Below are positions 1-8,719 of a stretch of DNA of 64,000 nt, piece by piece; position 1 is the first letter of the stretch; each line of letters starts with the position of its first letter. A model generated the notes under the pieces. It was given only the letters and a program-made list of their open reading frames with translations. It had not been told where the DNA came from and made no database searches. The stretch comes from Acidobacteriota bacterium (GTDB taxonomy: Bacteria; Acidobacteriota; Terriglobia; Terriglobales; Acidobacteriaceae), in the NCBI GenBank assembly GCA_003010405.1, contig PJLO01000002.1:121882-185881 (forward strand), given 5' to 3'. Position numbers and translations under genes: made by a program.

Positions 1-167
1 GCCTCAGGGTCCGAGGACTTGATAGTCAGGGGAATACGCTCACCACGGTCATGCAGACGCAGGATGATGAACTGTCCGGCCTGTTGCTTGCGGGCTATGC
101 GCGGCGCCTGAATAACAAACTGCTTGATTTTGAATCCGACGCTGCGGGCTTCCAGGATCTTGTACAT
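1..167 (-). CDS. NfnA-like / sulfide-dihydroorotate dehydrogenase-like FAD/NAD-binding protein (N-terminal part; gene continues off the left edge)
   Basis: Reverse-complement translation from ATG at 165-167 gives MYKILEARSVGFKIKQFVIQAPRIARKQQAGQFIILRLHDRGERIPLTIKSSDPEA. This matches the remembered N-terminus of NfnA/PyrK-like ferredoxin-NADP reductase subunits (ILE.R....F.I.AP.IA.K...GQF.ILR...GERIPLTI). It is not in the ORF track because it is truncated by the window edge. Confidence 0.65.
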   Translation of the reverse strand, partial: MYKILEARSVGFKIKQFVIQAPRIARKQQAGQFIILRLHDRGERIPLTIKSSDPE

Positions 168-372
168 CTGGCACCTACTTCCTAATAGCAGTATTAAAGC
201 AGTAAGGCTAATGAGAGCATCAAAGCTTAATCAAAGCGTGAATACGTCCTACGAGCAAAAGCAGATGCTCTTGGAAAAGGACTCGGCTTTTGCTGTGTGC
301 ATTAATAAGGTTACAGAAAGTTAATACCCTACGTCCAGAAGTGGTGACAGAGTTCCAGCAAAGGAAAATCTC

Positions 373-1074
373 CTACCTTTTTGGATGGGTTGCCAGCCCC
401 AAAAGTTCCAGCAATTCCTTTGGATGGTCGATCAGCACATCTGGCGGATGTACCTTCAGCGACTCTGGCGAAAGGCCGTAAGTGACGCCTATGGAAAACA
501 TTCCGGCGTTGTCGGCAGTCAGCACGTCATTCTGCGAATCCCCTACCATGATGGCCTGCTCCGCCCTTACTCCGTGCTCATCGAGCAGCGCCAGTGCCCC
601 TTGAGGATCGGGTTTCTTCGTCGAGAAGCTGTTGCCGCCGTAAATCTTTGTCATGTAAGCAGATAAATTGAGTCCGTCGCAAATTCCGCGGGATGGGCCG
701 ACCGGTTTATTGGACAGCACAGCCATCCTTATGTCGCTGTTTTCGCGGATAGCACATAAGACATCCATCACTCCGGGATAAACGTAGGTGTGATCCAGCT
801 TGTGCTCGCGATAGTGATGCATGAAAAATTCGAGCGCGCTTTGGACGAAGTCTTCGTCCTGCGGGTCCCCCAGTGAACGTCGCACAAGCATGGGAGCGCC
901 ATCGCCGATGAAGCTGGCAACCACCTCAATGGGCAGCTCGGGCCGTTTAAGGTGCCGCAGCATTGCGTTAATCGAGTGGGCCAAATCCAGTTCGCTGTCT
1001 ACCAGCGTGCCGTCCAGGTCCCACAGAAGCAGTTTTATTTGCTGGGCCGGAATCGGCCTTCTAGTCTGGATCAT
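373..1074 (-). CDS. HAD-superfamily phosphatase (phosphoglycolate phosphatase-like)
   Basis: ORF 373..1233 trimmed to the internal Met (MIQTRR...). HAD motif I is LWDLDGTLVDS, motif III-IV is KKPDP ... VGDSQNDV. The upstream 53 codons overlap the divergent E1 gene region. Confidence 0.75.
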   Translation of the reverse strand: MIQTRRPIPAQQIKLLLWDLDGTLVDSELDLAHSINAMLRHLKRPELPIEVVASFIGDGAPMLVRRSLGDPQDEDFVQSALEFFMHHYREHKLDHTYVYPGVMDVLCAIRENSDIRMAVLSNKPVGPSRGICDGLNLSAYMTKIYGGNSFSTKKPDPQGALALLDEHGVRAEQAIMVGDSQNDVLTADNAGMFSIGVTYGLSPESLKVHPPDVLIDHPKELLELLGLATHPKR

Positions 1075-1181
1075 CTTAAGTTTTAAGTATAGGCGCATAA
1101 GGCGTTTGTGGTCATGTTTCGAGATAGCATCAATCCAGCATCCAACCGAATCGGTTGGAGTTTTCTTTGAAGGGGGAGCAG

Positions 1182-3353
1182 ATGGCGTCGAAAGTCTTGC
1201 AGAGCGAATTGCAGGCTGCGGCAGAGAAGACATACGAGGGGCTATTTCCGCAGCAATTGGTGGATATGTACCGGATTCTGTATCTTTCCCGGCGTATCGA
1301 CGACCGCGAAATCCAGCTCAAGCGCCAGCAGAAGATCTACTTTCAGCTTTCCTGCGCTGGGCATGAAGCTCTTCTGACGGCCGCCGCGGCGAACCTGCGC
1401 GCAGGCTACGACTGGTTTTTCCCCTATTACCGCGACCGCACGATCTGTCTTGCCTTGGGGGTTACGGCAAAAGCACAGTTTTTGCAGGCCGTCGGAGCCG
1501 CTTCCGACCCAGCCTCGGCTGGCCGCCAAATGCCCTCACACTGGACTAGCCGTGAGCTCAACATTTTCACCACGTCTTCGCCGACGGGAACTCAATTTCT
1601 GCAGGCCGTGGGTTGTGCTCAGGCAGGACGCTACTTCACGCAGCACCCCGGGGCAGCTGCAAATGTCGCTGGTGATTATCGCGAGTTCAAGGACGTGCAG
1701 CATCACTCGGACGAGGTCGTTTTTGTCTCTTCGGGAGAAGGCACCACTTCGGAGGGAGAATTTTGGGAATCGCTGAACACGGCTTCCATTCGTAAGTTGC
1801 CGGTTCTCTATCTTATTGAGGACAACGGTTACGCGATCTCGGTTCCCGTGAAGTACCAGACTCCCGGGGGCAATATCAGCCGTCTTGTCGCGAACTTCCC
1901 AAACTTCCATTTTGAGGAGTGCGATGGTACGGACCTGCTCGAAAGCTTTGCTGCTATACGCCGCGCCGTGGAGTACATTCGGGCCGGACGCGGACCGGCG
2001 TTTGTGCATGGTCACGTCATTCGTCCCTACTCCCACTCGCTCTCCGATGACGAAAAGTTTTATCGTCCCGAGAGTGAGCGCAAGAGAGATGCGGCGCGCG
2101 ATCCCTTGCTGCGCTTCCGGAAGTTTCTGATTGATGAAGGCATCATTGATACGGCCGGGGTTCAGAGACTGCATCGTCGGGTGGACGCCGAAGTGCAGGC
2201 TGCCTGCGATGAAGCACTCGACGCGGCACTCCCAGAGCCATCGAGCTACGCTCTCCACGTCTATTCGGAGGACCTGAAACCCACCTCGAAGAGCTTCGAA
2301 ACGGCCCCGGCTTCCGAGGGTGACGAGCGGACCATGGCCGATCTCATCAATACCTGCTTGCGTGACGAAATGCGGCGCGACGAACGCATCGTGATCTTTG
2401 GCGAGGATGTGGCCGATTGTTCCAACGAGGAATATCTGCTGGAAAAGAAGGTCGAGGGCAAGGGTGGAGTATTCAAGCTTACCCACGGCTTGCAGCGCGA
2501 ATTCGGCTCTGAGCGTGTCTTCAACTCACCGCTCGCCGAAGCCAATATCGTAGGGCGCGCCGTTGGCATGGCAGCTCGCGGATTGAAGCCGGTTGTTGAG
2601 ATTCAGTTCTTCGATTACATCTGGCCTGCAATGCACCAGCTTCGAAATGAGGTGCCGCTGATTCGCTGGCGCTCCAACGCTGCGTTTACCTGCCCCCTAG
2701 TGGTTCGTGTCGCCATCGGAGGATATCTGACCGGCGGTAGTGTCTACCATTCGCAGTCCGGCGAGAGTATTTTCACGCATACGCCAGGCATGCACGTGGT
2801 TTTTCCCTCTAACGCCCTGGATGCCGCAGGCCTGCTGCGGACGGCGATCCGTTGCGACGATCCAGTGTTGTTCCTCGAACACAAGCGACTTTACCGCGAG
2901 CCCTTTGGACGCGCACCGTACCCCGGTCCGGACTATATGATTCCGTTTGGCAAAGCGCGCATCTGGAAAGAAGGGCGGGATGTTACGGTAGTGACCTATG
3001 GAGCTACGGTTCCGCGCACATTGCAGGCCGCACAATACCTGGAGCGCGAGCACGGAATCAGCGTAGAGGTGCTGGATCTGCGCACTCTGAACCCATACGA
3101 CTTCGAGGCCATTGCGGCATCGGTCAGCAAAACCAACCGCGTGCTGGTTGTCCACGAAGACATGCAGAGCTGGGGATACGGCGCCGAAATCGCTGCCCGT
3201 ATCAGCTCTGAGCTTTTCGACAAACTGGATGCCCCGGTGAGGCGTGTGGCAGGCAAAGATACGTTTGTCGCCTATCAGCCTCTGCTTGAAAACGTGATTC
3301 TGCCGCAGCCGGAAGACATCCTCAAGACGATTCGAGAGCTGTGCGCGTATTAA
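1182..3353 (+). CDS. 2-oxoacid (branched-chain/pyruvate-type) dehydrogenase E1 component, fused alpha+beta subunits
   Basis: ORF 1155..3353. ATG at 1182 is preceded by GGGGGAG. The N-terminal half carries the TPP-binding E1-alpha pattern ([15 protein letters not shown]); the C-terminal half is transketolase-like E1-beta ([18 protein letters not shown] ... HSQS). Confidence 0.85.
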   Translation: MASKVLQSELQAAAEKTYEGLFPQQLVDMYRILYLSRRIDDREIQLKRQQKIYFQLSCAGHEALLTAAAANLRAGYDWFFPYYRDRTICLALGVTAKAQFLQAVGAASDPASAGRQMPSHWTSRELNIFTTSSPTGTQFLQAVGCAQAGRYFTQHPGAAANVAGDYREFKDVQHHSDEVVFVSSGEGTTSEGEFWESLNTASIRKLPVLYLIEDNGYAISVPVKYQTPGGNISRLVANFPNFHFEECDGTDLLESFAAIRRAVEYIRAGRGPAFVHGHVIRPYSHSLSDDEKFYRPESERKRDAARDPLLRFRKFLIDEGIIDTAGVQRLHRRVDAEVQAACDEALDAALPEPSSYALHVYSEDLKPTSKSFETAPASEGDERTMADLINTCLRDEMRRDERIVIFGEDVADCSNEEYLLEKKVEGKGGVFKLTHGLQREFGSERVFNSPLAEANIVGRAVGMAARGLKPVVEIQFFDYIWPAMHQLRNEVPLIRWRSNAAFTCPLVVRVAIGGYLTGGSVYHSQSGESIFTHTPGMHVVFPSNALDAAGLLRTAIRCDDPVLFLEHKRLYREPFGRAPYPGPDYMIPFGKARIWKEGRDVTVVTYGATVPRTLQAAQYLEREHGISVEVLDLRTLNPYDFEAIAASVSKTNRVLVVHEDMQSWGYGAEIAARISSELFDKLDAPVRRVAGKDTFVAYQPLLENVILPQPEDILKTIRELCAY

Positions 3354-3358
3354 TCGAA

Positions 3359-3383
3359 CTGGTCCGTCATTCAGACGGACCAG
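3359..3383. terminator. Hairpin between convergent genes (putative bidirectional terminator)
   Basis: CTGGTCCGTC-ATTCA-GACGGACCAG is a perfect 10-bp stem right after the E1 stop and before the convergent HAD gene stop. The U-tracts are weak. Confidence 0.4.
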
Positions 3384-3395
3384 GTTCGACTAAAG

Positions 3396-4112
3396 CTAGA
3401 AAACATTGCTCAACAATTGGAACCGTTCAAGGGTCAGCAGCTTCTGCGGTGGAGGCGCGATTGAGAGTTCTGCGTGTTCAAGGACCCACGTACCGGCGTG
3501 TGGGATAAAGACTGCATTCAGGCCTGCGGCGATGGCCGGATTGATGTCGGACTTAGGACTGTTGCCAACCATCCACGTGGTGTCCGGCTCCAAGTCATAC
3601 TTTTCGACGATGGCGAGATAGGTTTCGGCATCCTTCTCGGGTACAACTTCCACGGCCTCAAAATAGGGTTGCAGCCCTGAGCGCTCCACCTTGCCCGACT
3701 GCTCTTGTCTGTCGCCCTTTGTCACCAGTAGTAATCGATGTCGCCTGTGTAGCTGGTCGAGAGTAGGCGACACGTGCCTCAGTAATTCGATCGGCTGCTC
3801 GGCTATGGCCTGCGCAAAACCGTGGATGGTTTCGTGCAGGGCGGGAGTCAGCGGTTCCACCGAGAGCCGTTCGAAGGTGGTGACGAGCGCCGCCGCAAAG
3901 CTTTGCAGCCCGTATCCCAGCGTCAAAATGGTCTGGTGCTCCACCTCATTCAGCTTCTGCCGCACCTGCTCGGTCGTGAAATGAGTATGGTTCAGAAACG
4001 AGATGAAGTTTGCAATGGCACGCTCAAAGTAAATGTTGTTTTCCCACAGCGTGTCGTCAGCATCGATCATCAATGTTTGACGCGTGGTCTTTAATTCGTG
4101 GCTCATTGGCAT
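3396..4112 (-). CDS. HAD-superfamily hydrolase
   Basis: ORF 3396..4319 trimmed to Met70 (MPMSHELK...). DxDxT motif is MIDADDTLWENN; a later VTKGD..Q and MVGNSPKSD are typical HAD motifs. Start is ambiguous (4112 or 4106). Confidence 0.7.
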   Translation of the reverse strand: MPMSHELKTTRQTLMIDADDTLWENNIYFERAIANFISFLNHTHFTTEQVRQKLNEVEHQTILTLGYGLQSFAAALVTTFERLSVEPLTPALHETIHGFAQAIAEQPIELLRHVSPTLDQLHRRHRLLLVTKGDRQEQSGKVERSGLQPYFEAVEVVPEKDAETYLAIVEKYDLEPDTTWMVGNSPKSDINPAIAAGLNAVFIPHAGTWVLEHAELSIAPPPQKLLTLERFQLLSNVF

Positions 4113-4200
4113 ACGAAGACAGTTTAGCTCATGGCGCGGGGCTTGGCTCTGCCGTTTTGGCAACCCGAATGCAAGTTTGGGGTTGTTACAATGCGGACTG

Positions 4201-5973
4201 ATGGAATTATTGCTCAGAATGCGTTGTCTGGTGTTAGCTGCCCTGCTTGTGGCCGCGCTTTTTTGTTCGCCTCTTTGCGCACAGCCGCGCCATATCGCTG
4301 TGCTGAAGAAATTCCCCATTGGAGGCTCCGCTCCGAGCGGTGCTCAGCTCAAAGCTCCCGCGGACCTCAGTAGCCGCATCGCTCAATGGCGCACCGTGGA
4401 GATGCCTTTTCGTAGACAGGGCCTGACGCGTCGCGAAATCAAAATGGTGGGCAAGCTTGTCGAAGCTGCGCGCGAGGTCGAATCCATTTATTGGCGTCAG
4501 AGCGATCCCTACGCGCTTACCTTGCAGGCACAGCTGAAGGGTTCTCACGCCGCACGCGATCAGCAGATTCTTCGCTACATCTTCATCAACGGCGGCCACT
4601 ACGATCTGCTCGACGGCAATCGCAGCTTTATCGGAGATGAGCAAGCGCCTGCCGGACGCAACTTCTATCCTGCCGACAGCACGCGCGAAAAAATCGAAGA
4701 CTTTGTTGCCGCTCATCCCGATCTGCGTCCTGAGCTTTACAGCCGCCACACTCTGGTCCGCGGTCTGGGATCGGAGCTGACTGGTCTCCCCTATCGCTCC
4801 GCGTTCCGTTCTCAACTCATGGAAGCGGCGAAAAAATTGCGAGAAGCTGCCGGTCTTAGTGATGATGCGGCGTTTGCAACCTTTCTGCGTGCCCGCGCCG
4901 ACGCGCTGCTCAACGATGACTACAGCAAGAGCGACCTGCTCTGGGTCGATCTCAAATCACCGAAGGTCGATGTCATTTTCGCTCCATACCTCACATACCT
5001 TGACCAGCTTCTTGGCGTGAAAGCCTCATTCGGCGCGGCCATCCTGATTCGCAACCAGGAGGAGAGCCGTAAACTCGAAGCCTTCCGGCAGTACGTACCG
5101 GAGATTCAGCAGGCGCTTCCGCTCGCCGAACAGGACAAGCCTTCAAAGGTGGGGCAATGGTCCGATATGGAGGTCGTCGATTCGCCCTATCGTACGGGAG
5201 ATTTTCTGCACGGCTACCAAGCTGTGGCCGCTAGTCTCCCGCCCCTGAGCACGCGTCCCGGCGCTTCCAGTACGAAATACGGCACCAAAAAGATCTTCTT
5301 CAAGAACTTCCTGGATGCTCGCGTCAACCAGGTCATTCTGCCTCTCGTGCATAAGATGATGGACCCATCACAGGCCGGCTTGGTCAGCGCGAGCGGCTAT
5401 TTCACCTTTGTAACTCTGCACGAGATCAGCCACGACCTCGGACCGTCATTCGCCCGCGTGGATGGAAAGCCAGTCTCAATCGGTGAGTCCCTTGGTCCCA
5501 TTTGCGCGGCAGTGGAGGAGGCTAAAGCCGATGTAACCGGCATGTATGCGATGCGCTGGCTAATCGAGCACGACGTTCTGCCCAAAGAGCGCGAGCAGGA
5601 GTTCTATGCTTCCTACGTCGCGGGAATGCTGCGCTCTTCGCGTTTTGGGACGGTCGAAGCACATGGCCGCGCACAGCTAATGGAGTTCAATTATCTGCTT
5701 GAGAAAGGCGCAATCTTACCCCATGCTGGAACCCTCAGCCGTGGCACGGCTCGGGTCGTGTTCGCGCTTGACTTCAGTAAATTTCCGGAATTGATCGAAT
5801 CGCTCGACAGGGAACTGCTCGAAATCGAGGTCACGGGCGACCGCACCCGCGCCGAACAGTGGTTTGCCCGATATGGAGAATTGCCTCCCTCGTTTCAGTC
5901 CTCGCTTGAATCAACGAAGGACATTCCCGTGGACATATTCCCCAGGTTCTCATGGGATGTTCCCGTCAGGTAG
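4201..5973 (+). CDS. Secreted Zn-metallopeptidase, M49 (dipeptidyl-peptidase III)-like
   Basis: ORF 4084..5973 trimmed to MELLLRMRCLVLAALLVAALFCSPLCAQ (signal peptide). It carries HEISHDLGP plus downstream EEAKADVTG, which resemble the HExxH/EExxAD zinc motifs of NUDT3-type DPP III-like proteins (from recall). Confidence 0.6.
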   Translation: MELLLRMRCLVLAALLVAALFCSPLCAQPRHIAVLKKFPIGGSAPSGAQLKAPADLSSRIAQWRTVEMPFRRQGLTRREIKMVGKLVEAAREVESIYWRQSDPYALTLQAQLKGSHAARDQQILRYIFINGGHYDLLDGNRSFIGDEQAPAGRNFYPADSTREKIEDFVAAHPDLRPELYSRHTLVRGLGSELTGLPYRSAFRSQLMEAAKKLREAAGLSDDAAFATFLRARADALLNDDYSKSDLLWVDLKSPKVDVIFAPYLTYLDQLLGVKASFGAAILIRNQEESRKLEAFRQYVPEIQQALPLAEQDKPSKVGQWSDMEVVDSPYRTGDFLHGYQAVAASLPPLSTRPGASSTKYGTKKIFFKNFLDARVNQVILPLVHKMMDPSQAGLVSASGYFTFVTLHEISHDLGPSFARVDGKPVSIGESLGPICAAVEEAKADVTGMYAMRWLIEHDVLPKEREQEFYASYVAGMLRSSRFGTVEAHGRAQLMEFNYLLEKGAILPHAGTLSRGTARVVFALDFSKFPELIESLDRELLEIEVTGDRTRAEQWFARYGELPPSFQSSLESTKDIPVDIFPRFSWDVPVR

Positions 5974-6049
5974 CGATACCAGATTAGGATGAAAAGAAGA
6001 AGAGGCTCCGCTTTGGCGCGGAACCTCTCAGAGAAGCAGTGTGTCTGGA

Positions 6050-6928
6050 TTAAAACCTGCTCGCGGAAGTCGTTTCGCTGGCCCATTCCAGCTTGGCTGC
6101 CTGCGGGATAATGCCTTTTTCGTAGCCCATGTCTAGCAGCCTGGCCACAGCTTCGCGTCCGTCATCCCCGTAATCCAGGGTGCGTTCGTTCACGTACATT
6201 CCAACGAATTTGTCGGCATCGTTCGTGTCCAGATCACGCGCAAACTGCATTGCATACTCAAGCGCCTGTTCGCGATTGTCGAGCGAGTACTGGATACTGT
6301 CGCGCAGTGCCTTGCAAGTCTTAGCGATAAGCTCCGGACCCAGGTCTTTGCGGATCACATTGCCGCCCAGAGGCAACGGCAGGCCGGTCAGCTCGCGCCA
6401 CCACTTACCTAGATCGAGGATGCGGTGCAAGCCGATCCTGTCGTAGGTAAGCTGGCCTTCGTGGATGATCAGTCCTGCGTCAAACTTTCCTTCCAGTACG
6501 GCGGGAATGATCTTGTCGAAGGGAACGACCTCGGTCTGAATATCGGGAGCAAACAGCTTGAGCGCAAGCACGGCAGTGGTCAATGTACCTGGGATGGCGA
6601 TCTTCAACCGCTTGATTTCGTCCACAGAACGAGTCTTTGAGGCAACGATCATCGGGCCGTAACCGTCACCCACGCTGCCGCCGCTTGGCATCAATGCATA
6701 GCGATCCTGCAGGTAGGGATAGGCATGGAATGAGATCGCGGTCACGTCAAAGTAGGCTTCGTTGATCGCTTTGTGGTTCAGAGTTTCAATGTCACAGAGT
6801 ACATGTGTGAACTTGAGACCTGGCACGCGAATCTTGTTCGTTGCCAGACCGTAGAACATAAAGGCGTCATCAGAATCTGGACTGTGGGCAATTTTTATTT
6901 CGATTGAATCAGAACCGCTGGTGCTCAT
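6050..6928 (-). CDS. MqnA/MqnD/SBP-family protein (futalosine-pathway menaquinone biosynthesis-like)
   Basis: ORF 6050..6991 trimmed to MSTSGSD... The IKIAHSPDSDDAFMFYGL N-terminal signature is characteristic of the MqnA/MqnD periplasmic-binding-like fold family. Confidence 0.6.
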   Translation of the reverse strand: MSTSGSDSIEIKIAHSPDSDDAFMFYGLATNKIRVPGLKFTHVLCDIETLNHKAINEAYFDVTAISFHAYPYLQDRYALMPSGGSVGDGYGPMIVASKTRSVDEIKRLKIAIPGTLTTAVLALKLFAPDIQTEVVPFDKIIPAVLEGKFDAGLIIHEGQLTYDRIGLHRILDLGKWWRELTGLPLPLGGNVIRKDLGPELIAKTCKALRDSIQYSLDNREQALEYAMQFARDLDTNDADKFVGMYVNERTLDYGDDGREAVARLLDMGYEKGIIPQAAKLEWASETTSASRF

Positions 6929-7047
6929 AAGCCTTTTTCCGGGGCCAATCGGCCCCACTAGAGTACGAATGACATGCCGCCCTGGCAGCACCAGCGCGGC
7001 GCAAAACCTTAATCTTTCCGGACTCGACTGGAGTCCCGGGCAATCAT

Positions 7048-7263
7048 TCAGGACGGAGGTGGAAAGCGTTCCTGGCCGCTCTCCTGCGTTCCCTCTGGGG
7101 AAGCTCCTGCCGGCGCTCTCCGCGACTTAAGATGCCACCGGATGCGTGCAGACACAGCGACCGCCACTCCAATGAGCATCGCTGCCGACAACACCAGAAT
7201 CACATAAAGAACTTTGATAATCACTGGCCCTAGGATAACAGAGTAGCGCCCAGATGGACCCAC
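7048..7263 (-). CDS. Hypothetical small single-pass membrane protein
   Basis: 71-aa ORF with GTG start preceded by AGGAA. It has one hydrophobic helix (VIIKVLYVILVLSAAMLIGVAVAV) followed by a basic stretch. No recognisable family; it fills an otherwise empty 345-nt gap. Confidence 0.3.
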   Translation of the reverse strand: MGPSGRYSVILGPVIIKVLYVILVLSAAMLIGVAVAVSARIRWHLKSRRAPAGASPEGTQESGQERFPPPS

Positions 7264-7273
7264 TTTTGTGTTC

Positions 7274-8623
7274 CTATCTTCGCATTGCAGCTTCGACTTC
7301 TTCAGGCGTGTGAGGCAGTTTAGCGGTTAGATTCACCAGCTTACCTTTTTCATCCAGCATCACAATATCTTCGATGCGCACGCCAACCTTCTCCTCTGGG
7401 ATATAAACTCCCGGTTCCACCGTGAACACATCGCCGCGGTCCAAAGGACCTGAGCCTACGTCGTGAACCTCCAGTCCGACGCGGTGCCCTACTCCATGAA
7501 TAAAATATTTACCCAGTGGCTCGCCGTGAAGGTCTTTGCCGTGGGTGTTTATGTAGTCGTAGGCGACCTGGTACAACGAATTCGGCTCGGTCTTGTCGAG
7601 CGTGCTTTTGCCTGCTACAACCGCCTGCATCGCCGCCTGTTGCGCGCCCAAAACTACGTTGTAAATCTCGCGCTGACGGGGCGTGAAGTGCCCATTTGCC
7701 GGAAGTGTGCGGGTGATATCGCTGGCATACATTGCATACTCGCCTGCCACGTCCATCACCACCAAGTCTCCGTCATGGATCTCGTGTGAGTTCTCGGAAT
7801 AGTGCAGGACGGTCGAGTAAAATCCCGATCCCACAATCGGCGCGTACGCCGGACGCTCGCAGCCTGCGGTCTCGAACTTGTATTGCATCAGAGCCGCAAT
7901 CTGGTATTCGAATAAGCCGGGGCGCATCTCCTTCATTGCGGCGCGATGTGCGGCTATCGATGCATCGGTGGCTTGGCGAATCCGTTCGATTTCGCCCTGA
8001 TCCTTGGTCTTGCGTAGCTCGGCTATCTTGTCATTGACATCCAGGTAATCCGCGTAAGCCGGGAATGAGTTAGTCCGTTTCAGCCATTCCATCGGGAGCG
8101 TCGAAGGCGTGGTCTCCGGGGAGTGTGCAATGGCGGTGTAGATTTCGGCTTGCGGCCGCGGAATGATCTGTCTGACTAAATCGTGCATCTGGTCGAGAGT
8201 CGCGACGCGATCAAAGCCGGTGACTTCGAGTGCCTTCGGATCTTCAGCGCCAAGTTTGGGCCCCGTCCATTTCTCCTGGGCCGGATCACGCGCTGGAAGA
8301 AACAGAATCTCCGTGTACGGACGGGCCGGGGTGGCTCCCTCGGCTTTCACTGCGGGCGCGATGACTACTGCGGCGCCCGGCTCCGCCCAGCCCGTCAGGT
8401 AAAAGAAATTGTTGTCCTGACGAAAGCCATGGATCTCATTCGGTCCTTCAGACTCTGTCGCGGCAAACAAAACGGCTATACCACCGTTGAGCTTCGCGGA
8501 GAGTGCAACCCTTCGCGCGCGATAATCCGCGCCTGGCTGATGGTCGAGTGCGAACAGGGAGATGGTGCAGAGAAGGGAAGTGCACAGGAAGAGAACTGAG
8601 AGTCTCGACGCGCGAAGCTTCAT
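7274..8623 (-). CDS. pepP: Xaa-Pro aminopeptidase (M24B), secreted
   Basis: Signal peptide MKLRASRLSVLFLCTSLLCTISLFA. M24 metal-ligand pattern is DLVVMDVAGEY..YASDITRT ... HGVGHRVGLEVHD ... EPGVY ... IRIED. Confidence 0.85.
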   Translation of the reverse strand: MKLRASRLSVLFLCTSLLCTISLFALDHQPGADYRARRVALSAKLNGGIAVLFAATESEGPNEIHGFRQDNNFFYLTGWAEPGAAVVIAPAVKAEGATPARPYTEILFLPARDPAQEKWTGPKLGAEDPKALEVTGFDRVATLDQMHDLVRQIIPRPQAEIYTAIAHSPETTPSTLPMEWLKRTNSFPAYADYLDVNDKIAELRKTKDQGEIERIRQATDASIAAHRAAMKEMRPGLFEYQIAALMQYKFETAGCERPAYAPIVGSGFYSTVLHYSENSHEIHDGDLVVMDVAGEYAMYASDITRTLPANGHFTPRQREIYNVVLGAQQAAMQAVVAGKSTLDKTEPNSLYQVAYDYINTHGKDLHGEPLGKYFIHGVGHRVGLEVHDVGSGPLDRGDVFTVEPGVYIPEEKVGVRIEDIVMLDEKGKLVNLTAKLPHTPEEVEAAMRR

Positions 8624-8719
8624 GGAAGCCGAGTATAAACCGATGCTAGAGTTGCGCGTTGGCCGCCTGCGAATGTTTTTGCGCGGGAAGCCAACGCCTT
8701 TATGGAAAATTCGCGCCTG

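Noticed and set aside
124-481. Small plus-strand ORFs 124..324 and 290..481 in or near the first intergenic region
   Set aside because: They lie in an AT-rich promoter/terminator spacer, or overlap the HAD phosphatase gene on the opposite strand. There is no supporting signal.
373-1233. Long N-terminal extensions of several ORF-track entries: 373..1233, 3396..4319, 4084..5973, 30349..31353, 31125..32315, 33702..35108, 34967..36301, 43639..45591 and 58043..59527
   Set aside because: The extensions are Arg/Ser/Pro-rich, overlap neighbouring genes, promoters or terminators, and precede an internal Met that begins the recognisable conserved N-terminus or signal peptide. Starts were trimmed accordingly but remain predictions.
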